Of a stretch of DNA of 64,000 nucleotides, positions 1 through 23,182 are shown one piece after another (positions within the stretch are counted from its first letter, which is position 1; every line of letters starts with the position of its first letter). The position numbers were made by a program, and so were the translations under genes. The notes beneath the pieces were generated by a model, which worked only from the letters and a program-made list of their open reading frames with translations, ran no database searches and was not told where the DNA came from. The DNA is from Tubiluchus corallicola. Lineage: Eukaryota > Animalia > Priapulida. Location: assembly GCA_030141605.1 (NCBI GenBank), contig JAQGDQ010000012.1, forward strand, positions 824,359 to 888,358. The letters are read 5' to 3'.

Positions 1-153
1 CCAATACACAAAAATTGAAATAAACAACATAAATAAGACAAATGTTATAATTTAGCAGTGAAAAATATAAACATGCTTTCTCTTATTTGTCCATTTATCA
101 GATTCAAATAATCATCAGTGTACGCTAAAACAATTTAGATGCAAGAACCTTAC

Positions 154-12027
<11,874 letters not shown>

Positions 12028-12108
12028 TCAACATTAATAAAGATCTGATACAGTTTTAAACACAAATGAAATAACGCTGTTACTATGACAAAAGTCTCGA
12101 ATTACTGG

Positions 12109-12153
12109 AGAAACTTCTCGAACACACCGGCAAAACACAGAAATTTCTAGACG
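12109..12153. promoter_or_regulatory. Heat-shock elements upstream of Hsp110
   Basis: Perfect three-unit HSE aGAAa-cTTCt-cGAAc at 12109-12123 and near-perfect aGAAa-tTTCt-aGACg at 12139-12153, 136-180 bp upstream of the Hsp110 ATG. Confidence 0.85.
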
Positions 12154-14860
12154 GCAAAAACGAGCATCATGCGCAAACATAGCGCCAGATTCGTCTGATA
12201 ATTTCAAAATAATATTCCTTCAGACAAAGTTCTATGCCACAAAGACCTTCACATCTTCTACGATGGTTTCGAACTACACCATTTCAAGGTGAAAGTGCAC
12301 AGCAAAAAATCAAAAACCCAATAAAAAATGTTAATTTGTTTATGTCAAATGCACAGGCTCTTCTAATGTTAACAACATTACTGAAATCAGCTTCAGGAAC
12401 ACGTATGTTGTGTGCACGAGTAGTACCTAAGTGCACATAAAATCTGCTAATCAAATATTTCGTCACATAACTTTTGAACGTTCTGCTAAGTTTCTAGCAA
12501 TAAAAATAATGCTAAATAATGCTGTCATGCTGATGGTGATAGCTGACATTTTATTAACTATCTTTCTAAGGAAACAAATAGTAGCCCATTAACTCAGAAA
12601 ATGACATTTTCAAAATGAGAATCATAGTTTAAAATTCCAGTCATTTGTTCATTGAAATTTTGACCAGAAGAGCAGTCCCAGCCCTGCCGCACTTAAAAAT
12701 GGAAGCAAATTAATTTGTTAAATTTGAATAAAAACAGGTACCGGCAGTACTATTTCAACTTATAGCAATACTATGTACGAATTTTACATTATGTTATCAT
12801 AATTACTATTCTTATTACATGTACTTCTTCTATAAAGTAACATATTGTTGTCGTCACCTTATTTCTGATATGGCCTCAAAAATCTCTGCAAGCCATAAGT
12901 CAAGTATAATTTGATGCCATCCGCTCCCAGAAGACTCCTTTCCAAAAGTCAATCAACAGGCAATTACCCGCATCGAAATCTTGCTAATTAATTATACTTA
13001 TAAATTCAAACAGGGGAAATGTTGGAGATTGTCCCATTTTGGGCAGTATGCGAGGTTTCAAAGTAAAGATGTCAGGCTAACGTTTGCATGATTTTTTTCA
13101 AATTTCATCAGTGAATAGCTTTGCAACTACTTATTGAAAATTGTAAAACTCGTGCAAGTGGATAGAAGACTAAAGCTAGATCAACGTTTGATAAGAAACA
13201 GCTAGCTATCAGTGTTATTAAAAATCGTCAAAAAAATGTCATAATTATTTGCGAAAGCGCGTGCATATAATATGGATGTAACAAACAATTAACGTCATAA
13301 AATGTTAATCTATTAAATTAAATAACACGAAAATAGTAATAATATTATTATTATCATAATTTCATTCGTTTAATATTACTGACGCAAAAACATATACATA
13401 ATTTACACAGTAGTTAACAAATAAATGGCTAATTGATTAGTGATTGCAATATTAACAGCGTTCATACATGATTAAATTTTATCATTTCTGTTAGTTAGAT
13501 AAAATTTCTTTTAGTTGTTTTTATGTTCTACGTGATGTAGCACGTAGAAAAATATGATATTATATATAAATAATAAACACATTTCGTTCGAGCGTAATAG
13601 AGGTACTCAAATCCAAAATTTTATATTTTTTAGAGCTTGATTAGCTACATACGCACATGATTACAGTTTATTTATTGACTGATTGAATGATTGATATTTT
13701 TATTGTTAGCCACAGTTCATTTTACAAAATGCAAAATCACACACGTGCAGTCAAATTACAAGAAATAAAATAAAGAAAATTATAAAAATAATAACAATGA
13801 AAAAATGAGATAATTATAGCGAAAGAAAAGTTACATACACAATAACAATAAATTATTGGAGCAATACTACATGTAACAAAAATCGAGTTAATTACAATAT
13901 AAAATTGCATGCCTATTTCTTCTAATGGGTTTCCAAAGTTGAAGTGCATTGTCTCTGACGAGACTGTACGCCATCTTGTCCGCCATAATCCTGTCTTTAT
14001 GCCTTTTGCACCCCAGTAGAGGGTATATTTGAACTGAAGTCGAGCATGTCGATATGCATCGGAGGCAGGACCTAACCGTGACTTCCCTTGTGTCACCCAT
14101 AGCTGAAAACACCAGGTACAACTTTTCTGCTGTCATTTTGTCCTGTCTGATTGTTCAGTCTCTTCCTGGGTAATTTATCCACAGCCTAACAAAGAAGTAT
14201 ATCCGTGATCAAATTTTAGATTAAACTCAAACGATGCTTATGCTCGCCCTGCATATACTGCTCGTCTGAGCATAATAACGACTCATAGGGTACGTTAATG
14301 CTTGAAAGCGGGCTATGAGTTTGATGTCAGCAGGCTAGAAGATCATTATCGCGGGCTATCTAGTATTTGTTGTACAGAAAGAAAATATATTTGGAGTACG
14401 AGGACAACGGACGCTGCCACTATCGATAACGACCCAATTCGTGACCTGTCTGCCCTACTTGGGAAGCCCATGTACGACGCGTCCTACTTGTACAGCAATT
14501 GTCTTCTTCAGCTAGTGTCCTACTCCGCTCCCGACAAATGTGTAAGCTGGTCACAGGGCTGCCCATAGCTGATGTACAGATTACGTGGTTTAGCCATGAA
14601 GTCGTACGGTGTGCCACATTCATAAACGTAAATAATGTGGACTGCTGTTTATATAATATGCAGTGTACTTGATTATGCAAGCAATCAGCAACGTAAAAAT
14701 TAATTGAATAACTTGTTTCATTATGATTTGCTATCTCTAGTTTTTACCATTCTCGCTGCAATTAATGAAAACATAAAGGACTGGAACAACAGCATTGACA
14801 ATAAGAACACTCACATTTAATAGCATGTTAATGTGACATTTGCAAAAACACAATTTTAAA

Positions 14861-15157
14861 TTATTTACACCATGCAATGATGCGCTGCTTCCGTATGTCG
14901 ATCTTGTCCACTGCGTTTTCATTCACCAGTAGCTGTCCTTTCCGTATTTTTACATCATCATTTGGGTTTTGTCGCTGAAGTGTTTTCTTCTTACTTCTGA
15001 GACGAGCGTATTTTTTCTTTTCCAATACTGTTTAATCGTGTTTGAAAAGACGTCGCTGTTTCTGTCCTTAAGAACTTTTGCCTTTGCCATCCACGAATAT
15101 TTGTCGCCACCGTTTTTGAAAGCTACACGTATTGGTCTAGCTTTTTTCGCTTCATGA
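14861..15157 (-). mobile_element. Degenerate non-LTR retrotransposon (CR1/L2/Jockey-type) ORF1 C-terminal fragment
   Basis: Minus strand reads ARPIRVAFKNGGDKYSWMAKAKVLKD..VF, then after one frameshift HD*TVLEKKKYARLRSKKKTLQRQNPNDDVKIRKGQLLVNENAVDK (stop at 15032-15034). This resembles the RP(I)xV-F...AKxLK...DLTxxE...LR...VKIRxGxLxV pattern of LINE ORF1 proteins. Confidence 0.5.
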
Positions 15158-15644
15158 GTACGAGTTACTTTTATAGTTAAGAGGATTGCGAAAAAATCAA
15201 AATTTAAATTAGGAGAAAATGGCTTTCAAAGTTTGTGTTACAACTTTCAGTGAATTTGCATGGCAAGTGGAAAAGGCATTAGTTGCTGTGGGGTTAGGGT
15301 GAGTACTATGAGTTATAGGCTAATTTTCTTTCTTTTTTTGCAATTTGCAGGTAAGTGTAGCCAAAGCAGTTATTTTTGATGAATTCTGAGTGCTATTTGC
15401 CGCTGCTACGTTGTTAATTTAATTATAGTTAGTCATAATAATTTATTTTCTCACACAAGGTTTTAATATTTGTTTATTTTTGCACGTATCTGCCCAGTCT
15501 CAAACAAAAATTTCCAAAAGTTGTTTCTATCTAACATAGCATAACATGTTGTTAAGTTACAGGATGAAAGCTCTGGGTGCTAGAATTCACGTATTTATAA
15601 ATATCGCAAGGACGGCGCTATTCTACATAAACAAGCTAACATGT

Positions 15645-15802
15645 TGCATTTTCGATTTTTCGCTGTGCACTTTTGACTTTTTGTTGTGCACTTTCGATTT
15701 TTTGCTATGCATTTTTGATTCATTGCTCTGTACTTGATTTTTTGTTGTACACTTTTGATCTTTTTTGCAGAGAACAATAGATTTTTTACTGTGCACTTTT
15801 GA
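15645..15802. repeat. About 21-bp minisatellite
   Basis: About 6-7 degenerate copies of TGCACTTTTGATTTTTTG(C/T)TG. Confidence 0.8.
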
Positions 15803-17103
15803 ACTTGAAAAGGTGTAGCTATACAAATGCCTCACTGTACAGTGTACATTTTTCAGAAATACTTTTCAAAGACTACTGTGACGCTCAGGCTTATTTTAGG
15901 CCAGGTTATGTAACTAGTTCCTAACTGTTATAATTCCACCATTTGTTATTGTCAATTTTTATAAAAGAAGTTTAGTTAAACTGTGTAATGATATAAAGCT
16001 AGAAGCCAACTTGTTCTGAAATCAGATTTCACCTGTACATTTAATGATACTGTTTATGCATTACTACTGCATCATGTGATTGAAGCCACGTAGACGAAAT
16101 TTTAACTGTTCAGTTCGCCCAGGTATTCCGCTTTAAGTTGTCGAGTTAAGCGGACGTTCTCATGTCATAAAATGATGGTTTAGTAGTAACGGTGCTTGCT
16201 TGTAGAAAAGCGATCTGTCTACATGGTTATGACAGAGATGATAGTTGCATACCAGCGATGATACTTACCTGTTGCTGATTATATTTTCCTGACACTGATG
16301 ATACATCACTTATTAAAGATTGTACTTACCAATTGTCGATGATATCTGCTGCTGATGATACCTACCCGTATTTACCTGACGTTGATGATACTGTCGTTGG
16401 TGCTTCCATGCTGTGATTACGAAACTGGAAATCCTTACCTTGCGACGAGTGCAGGAGCTTGGATGCTACCCTATTTTGGCGTCATATAAGTGGAGGCGTG
16501 TACATCAGGAGTCGTCAAAGTTTGGAGACGTCGTCCACGTAATCAGGTCCATGAAGAGGTAGTGTAGTCAACCGTTCTATGGTGCACCATATTTCGATGA
16601 AGCCCTTGGTGAGGAGATGACGTGGAATGGGAGCAGGAGAAAAGTCGCTTGATGATGCCAAGACAGGACTGGTGAAAAACGTTACGTTGTTCTTTTTTTC
16701 TTAGCCGGCTTAATCTTTATTATTACTATTTGTCTTGCAATGTAATTTGAGATATTCATTAAATTGTTATATTATTTTATTAATTCAGTGGTTTCTTCCC
16801 AGTGTTTTCGACTAAGTGTTTTATTCTTTACCTAAGGGTTGCACTTAAGTCACGAACCACCTATTTGCAATAACGAAACTTAGACTACATCGTCACAACT
16901 ACTCATATTCTTTTTTTAATTAACTTTTATGTTTATTATGATTTTCCACCAACAACAACCTTATAATGAGTAATGTAGGTTGCATGGCTTTTTATCTTTG
17001 ACAACCAACAAGAAAACTCCGTGACTTTTAACGTCGTCTAAATTTTAACCTTACAAACAATTGAATAAGCCATTTCGTTGTGCACACGCGCAGTTGCTAT
17101 AAG

Positions 17104-17350
17104 TCAAAGGTTAAGTGTACCATAGCAACGCGTTTAAACACTATCGTCACGTGACATTTGAGTAAAGCAAATCCGTCTGCCGCATCAATTCAGTAACTTC
17201 AGTTGTTTTATGTGGTCTTTGCTTAATTATGCGTTAGTGTGCACGTAGAGATTTGCTAGCAGGCTCTTGCTTGTTGTTATTACAAGACAATAGCCTGCGA
17301 GGCGTTTTCAAGTGTACACAAATGCGGTGTCTGGTACACTTAACCTTTGA
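17104..17350. mobile_element. Small MITE-like element with perfect 19-bp inverted repeats
   Basis: TCAAAGGTTAAGTGTACCA (17104-17122) is the exact reverse complement of 17332-17350. No clear target-site duplication. Confidence 0.6.
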
Positions 17351-17529
17351 TTTTTCATGATCATCATGAATCGCTGGAACTGCGAAAAGGCTTATCGTCG
17401 TGAAAGCATATCGCTACTAAAAACTCTCGTAAAACTGTGAACAAGGGTTTGATTTTTTTCTTTTGTCTCTGTGGAAGCTCTTGATCAAAAATGTTGTCAC
17501 TTACAATCATTGTAAAAATAACTCATTCA

Positions 17530-17639
17530 TAGAAGGTTTTGGCGCAGTTTTTACAGGCGGATGCCCTTCCTGACCCTAATCCTCCCTATTTATCCGGGCT
17601 TGGGACCGGCACTGAGTTGGGCTGGCTTCCCCCCCCCCC
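17530..17639 (-). ncRNA. Twister ribozyme core (type P1, 5'-truncated) in an RTE-like retroelement 5'-end fragment
   Basis: Minus strand reads G11-AAGCCAGCCCAACUCAGUG-CCG-GUCCCAAGCC-CGG-AUAAAU-AGG-GAGGA-UUAGGGUCAGGAAGGGCAUCCGCCUGUAAAAAC. It has the P4/L4 (CCG GUCCCAAGCC CGG), A-rich linker and GAGG segment of twister ribozymes. The 5' P1-UAA-P2 strand is not found. Confidence 0.65.
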
Positions 17640-18780
17640 TTGAGAACTCGTGAACCCAGTGAATTATAATATAAACATATTATAATTATGTTTTAGCATT
17701 GTAAATTTTACTGGCAGAAAATCATAATAAAAATACAAGTTAACTAAATAATAATATGAGCAGCGTTCTAATAATAACACTGAAAAATGTATACTGTACA
17801 GTGAGACATATAAAATGATATTATAACTTATATGCATACAACAAATTAGAAAGCAAAAAATAAGCGAATAACACAAAACTTGTGCTTATAACAAATTTCG
17901 TGCATAATTGTATTTTTATAGCGTTTTAATTGTCACGTAGGACCAAATATATGGCCCAAATATGGTAGCACGGATGCCTGCACTTAAAGCACTTTTGTTA
18001 TAATAATTCAAGATAATCACGGGGCAGATCGTACTTATTATGAGTCATATAAAAATACATGAGTTATAATCTATGATTTTCATGAGTTTTCTGGAAGTAA
18101 CAGTTGCTGTTGCGAACATTTTTTTAAACTACTTGTGCTAGTTAGAGATGCCTGCAATATTCTCTTTTAATCAGACTAACTGTAGTGAAAGGTCCTAGAG
18201 TTTAAATTACATTATTACGTTAAATTATTCTTCTCATGCATCAATGTAATTACTTTCAAGTATTCTGTGTTGTTTGATTCACGACTTATTATTATTAGTT
18301 AACCAAAATGCAATTAGTTTCATTTCGACTCTGCCAAGAGGACGTAAACACGTAACATACGAAAGTTTCATTAATATAATTTAAAATTTCATTATTTTAT
18401 TGATTAAAAAAAATAGCAGTGTTTTATCATAATACAGGGGATAAGTACGACGTACCATTGTGCAGTATGATTAATTTTTCTCTATTCTTCTTTTCCCCGT
18501 CCTTCGCCTAATAAAAAGCAATTGTTTACAATTTCAAAATTAATATAAAACCATACTGTCGTCCATGAGCGTAGTCCTCGACACGTTGCCATTGGCCATT
18601 GCTAAGACTTATTTTGCGCCATTTTCTTATTTGTCTACTACTGCGCCTCTCCATCCCGCCTCACGACGCGTCCAAAGCATCTCAGAAAACATGATATATC
18701 TCCGAGTTATTCTTTCAATATGTTTTCAATGAACCCAAAATTAGTAATGCAGTACATACAGTTTAAATGTGGGACGATAT

Positions 18781-21700
18781 TCATACAAAGAAGGTCGTTA
18801 TTGATATAAAACAAATGATCAAAAACAAATCATAAAGTGGATTTAAAGTGCTCCCTTTTCCCTCAGTTGACCACGGGGGGCAAAGAGTTGTAGGTGGCGC
18901 AGTTGTTGGATCTGGAAGATCTTTTCTAAATATAGGATAAAGTTCGCCACTTATCCAAGGTATCAACACTGAAGAAATTTTCTCTGGATCTTCTTCATCT
19001 GGTAAAAATTGCAAAGCGGTGTTAAACATTTGAGTACTATTGCTATAAAACCACATAGAACCATAAAACATAATGAAGAAGACGTCCTTTTCAATTGGTT
19101 TGAGGTAGCCCACTCCTAGTCCTAACTTGAAATGAAGTTCTTCTACTTCCAAATCGTATGTGATTTCCACAACACCTCCGAAATAATGCCTATAGTGCCC
19201 GACATAGTCCTCAAGTGGTCTTTGGGCTTTATGTTGTGCTATCTGCTCAGGATAGTCGTCCATTGGCACATAAAATAAGTCAACATTAGCAATTGGAGGC
19301 GCAGTATTAGAGCCCTGAGTCTCCCATGGTTCTGGAAATGTACAAGCCGTAGTATCGTTGAGCCAAGGAACTAAATCGAGCAGCAAATCTAAGCCATGAA
19401 ATATGGAAAGTTGTATTGCGATGCCATTCTGTAGATCAGTTGGCCCATTGTTGATGACAATAATGCCCACATTCATGTCCGTTAGTCCCCACATCTGTGT
19501 ATTGTATCCTACCAATCCACCACTGTGGTACTGAACACGATAACCTAAAAAACTGATGAATTTATACCATTGCAAATATATCTGTTATTGTTACTATAAA
19601 ACCCAAACTATTCTTGATGTTTAAGCTAGTAAGCTGCTAGTTGTCACACACAAATCTACTGTAAATAACTATGAACACTGCGTTCATAAACCAACGTGCA
19701 TGACAGAATTTGAATTATTGTTGGCTATGCTTTTCATTATTTTCAAATTATTTTTTTCAGTTACTGTTAAAGAATTTTACCTGACCATGAATTTGATATT
19801 GAGAATTGTTTGTACCTCTGTATGTTCCAGTGAAGAATCCAAGGCCATATGCAAAAGCCGTAATTGTCACAGGATAAAATGGTTCTCCAACGTAACTGCT
19901 CAAGCTAAAAGGCAGTTGCTGATGTTCTTTGTGCATGATTAAGAACAGTTCTTCGCTAGTCAGAGGAGGGCCACCAAAAGGATTGCTGCCATCGCCAAGG
20001 TGGAATCGAATCCAATTAGCCATGTCAGGCATGGTCATGCAGAGGGAACCAGCGGCTTCTGTTGGGTGAATCATTCTAATAAGACAAATTATCAAATTTA
20101 TTATATCATGCAAATACCTAACTTAAAAAACAATGTTTAAAATTATGTTTGTTTAGAGTGATAGTAGAAATTATATGAGAAAGTAGTTAATGGCTACATG
20201 AAGAGTCATCCTTAAATATAAAATTTTTTCGTATAGTATTTATTTATTTGTGATGTTTTTTATATATTATATAAATTATTTTATCTGCAGTCTGTACTTC
20301 TGTTCATACATTTGGACGGTGACGGAACGAACGATGAATCATTTATAAAAACTGTCTGACGTAATCAGGCCGGATTTATGACCTTTTGAGGACCTGACGT
20401 TAATGAAATTATGGGGCACCCCTGAAAAGAAACCACCCTCTAACTCGCCCGCCCCATCTTGAAAATTTCTGATTCCTGACATATTTTAGCTACATTTACA
20501 TAGCTTGAAGTAAACTTATTGCAAATTCTTTAAATAAATTAGAATGGCTATCATTTGTTTGTCAATAAAACTCTCCTTTAAGAAACACTACTATTTTACT
20601 ATTTATTGCAAATCAAATTAGCACATATTTCAACACAACCTTTTGACATCGCCCGTCAAGCTTGAGAGCCCTAGGCTGCAGCCTATACTAGGATAATTCG
20701 GCCCTGGATCTAATCCAAATAAGCCATGTTTAAGCTAAAGCAGAAATCACACAGTTATAATAGCACTGAGCTTTCTATATAATAAGTATATAGTAAAGTG
20801 CTAGAGTACAACTTCAGTGCAACACTGCTGCAGCTACTTACTTGACTGCTTCCTCGTGGTGTCTAACAAATCTGCCATCCAGAGTGTATGTATGAGGTTT
20901 GGCTGTCATGCTCCAGTTTTGAAACGCAGGGTTCATCCACGTAGCTGAGTTTATTTTGAGTGGTTTTAGAAGACGCTCCTCAACAAGCTCTTCGTATGTT
21001 TTATGTGAATCATCTATCATTTCTGCAGCAAGACCAGCCAACATGTAGAAATAGTTATTGTAGATAAAGTCTGTTCGTAACGGTACCACTTCTTCCAAAT
21101 ATTGCAAGCGGCTGAAACAATTTTTTGTTTGTTTTTCAAAACATATTATTAGATATGAGTTTGCAGTTCTAACCAAGCATCTTTGACCTGCTGGTTGTAC
21201 TGTGCTTTGCAGCTGTTTTCCACTTTCGTACTTGACAACTTTTACGAATTAGGTTGCCATGAGAACCTTATAATACAACACCTCTGCTGTTTCGCCCTGC
21301 TGTATTAATAAAACCCCAGACTTCAGTACAGGCCAAGTCCTACTGTCACTAATCATTGGTTTATAGCACATTAAACCCACATTTATTGTCATAGACAGGT
21401 GATTACATTTACAGATAGGTCAACCAATGGTGTCTTTTCAGTCCTAGTCTTCGTCATTTTTGGTATTAGAACCAACAACCACCTATCGGGCAGCAAACCT
21501 CCATAATTTGTGTCAACTGCAGACCAGGATATACCTTTGCTTTGTTTTACGATATGAAGTGGTAGAACCTCTACAGACTCTCAACAGTTTAAAACATAAA
21601 CTTCAGTTCTACTCATATTTTTGAGTTTTAAGATTACTGTACGTAGTGCAAAATTGTGTATAAAGTACCTTGCCAGTTCTTCTGAACTGGTGTTCCAGTA

Positions 21701-23182
21701 TTCGCCCATAATAAGAGATCCATCAAATCGCTGAGATCCCATTCTGTGAGCCAAAAGATCCTGCAGCATTGCATATTTGGTTCGCTGTTCCTCCTGAAAC
21801 TTGAAATCTGGTCCAAAAATGTCCTGTATTTTCGTATTGAAGTCTAAGTCGCTAAATGAAATAGTCAATTTATAGAATTCGGTTGGTACAAACGTGAAAC
21901 TAATATTAGAAAAGATGACTCCACTTTTAAATTTATATGTTTAACACCACAAAATCTCACTTGACAAGCAGCTGTAACATATCTGACTCAAACATTAGGA
22001 TCTGAATATTCGTGCAAAAACATTTAAGTAGCAAGTGGGAAAAATAAAAAACGAACAATTAATATTAACGTGAAAAACATTGAATATCCTAGCTTGTAAT
22101 CTAAAAATAATTATTTTTATTTACCATTAATAATTATTAATTCATTAAGTATGTAAAAGTAGTAATACTTCATTAATACTTATTTATATTTGTTTTTAAA
22201 TATTTTGAGACTACAAGGGACTTCAATATTTGTTTTATGTTAAAATGACAAGTCTCAGACAAGCATATTTTAATTAACATTAATTTTTGGAACTTTAGAC
22301 GGTAACTTGGATTAGAGTTAGTAATTAAGAAATACGTTCGTGATAAATGTGTAATAATATCAATGAATCCAAAATTTGGTCAAGTGATATACAAGCAAAG
22401 TTGTAAATGCATAACAAATAAACAGGTAGCACCAGAAAAAAATTGTAATTTAAGAAATATCGGATGTGTTGAACTTGCGTTTTTCCAGTCATCACATTAG
22501 CTAGTAGTGTGGCTGTGAAGGATTTTGTCACAGATCCAATGCAGAATCGGTGATCTTGAGTTGCATTTTCTCCAGTCTCTACATCTGCCAAACCAAATGC
22601 CTTGCTGTAAACTATTTCATCGTCTCGCACCATGACAATGCTTATCCCTGGTCCAAAATGTCGACAGTTCATCAGCTGAAGTCAAACATTTCGAACGCAT
22701 TACACAAAAGTAGCGTTGACGTGGTTCGAATTTCCTAGAATTTTAGCGCCTTTGCCCTTGGTTGGTAAAAATAACAAAATAATAAACGTACAATGTAATT
22801 AACAATGGTTACTGCACCCCAGCGGGTATATTTTTGAAGTACCGGCAGAACAACCACGACCGACAGTCGACTTGGTTGTAACGGAGTTTGGCTGTTCTGT
22901 GGAAGTAAACTCAAGACTGTTCAGCGCACAATGGCGTCATTAATATTGCAAAGTGTCACAAAGTGAAAAATCACCTTGCAATAAAGTGAACATTTCAATC
23001 ATGCTTGTTAGGTATTAATTGTCCTATAAAAAAGAGAAACCCACACAGTGACTTACAGATTCTACAAAGCTATCCATTGATTCCTCCTGCGATTGAGAAA
23101 GCTTCCTCCCGGAGCTATGTGCAAAGAGCAAAACAAATACACTTATAAAGTTTATTATTTTGCCTACCCTAGCGTCTGACAT
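18781..23182 (-). CDS. Beta-lactamase-like (class C / family VIII-type) serine hydrolase with signal peptide and probable GPI-anchor signal, 599 aa
   Basis: Exons 23057-23182, 22479-22675, 21669-21851, 20842-21111, 19816-20075, 18781-19544 sum to 1800 nt in an open frame. Motifs: SxxK (GSVTKSF), LLAHRMG, YxN (FIYNNYFY), HSGG. N-terminal hydrophobic signal (IINFISVFVLLFAHSSG). Pro/Thr-rich stalk and hydrophobic C-terminus (LYDLFLIICFISITTFFV). Confidence 0.9.
20366..20706. mobile_element. hAT-like MITE in intron 4 of the beta-lactamase-like gene
   Basis: Ends CAGGCCGGATTT... and ...ATAATTCGGCCCTG form an imperfect TIR. The flanking 8-mers GACGTAAT and GATCTAAT (6/8 identical) fit a decayed 8-bp TSD. 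Confidence 0.6.

Noticed and set aside
13910-14136. Frameshifted minus-strand peptide (STCSTSVQI...MADKMAYSL...FNFGNP) faintly like a HECT-domain C-terminus
   Set aside because: Needs several frameshifts, and the similarity is too weak to support without a search.
15645-15802. Regular 21-bp repeats as a possible CRISPR array
   Set aside because: Head-to-tail repeats with no unique spacers, in eukaryotic DNA with no cas genes.
16230-16400. Multiple TGATGA/CTGA motifs suggesting C/D-box snoRNAs
   Set aside because: The motifs are part of a degenerate repeat, the region is intergenic, and there are no terminal stems or recognisable antisense elements.
22676-22736. Apparent in-frame stops upstream of LMNCRH suggesting the hydrolase is a pseudogene, and a GGTTCGAA B-box-like motif
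   Set aside because: The true acceptor is TTCAG at 22676-22677, so the stops are intronic. No tRNA cloverleaf or A-box supports a tRNA.
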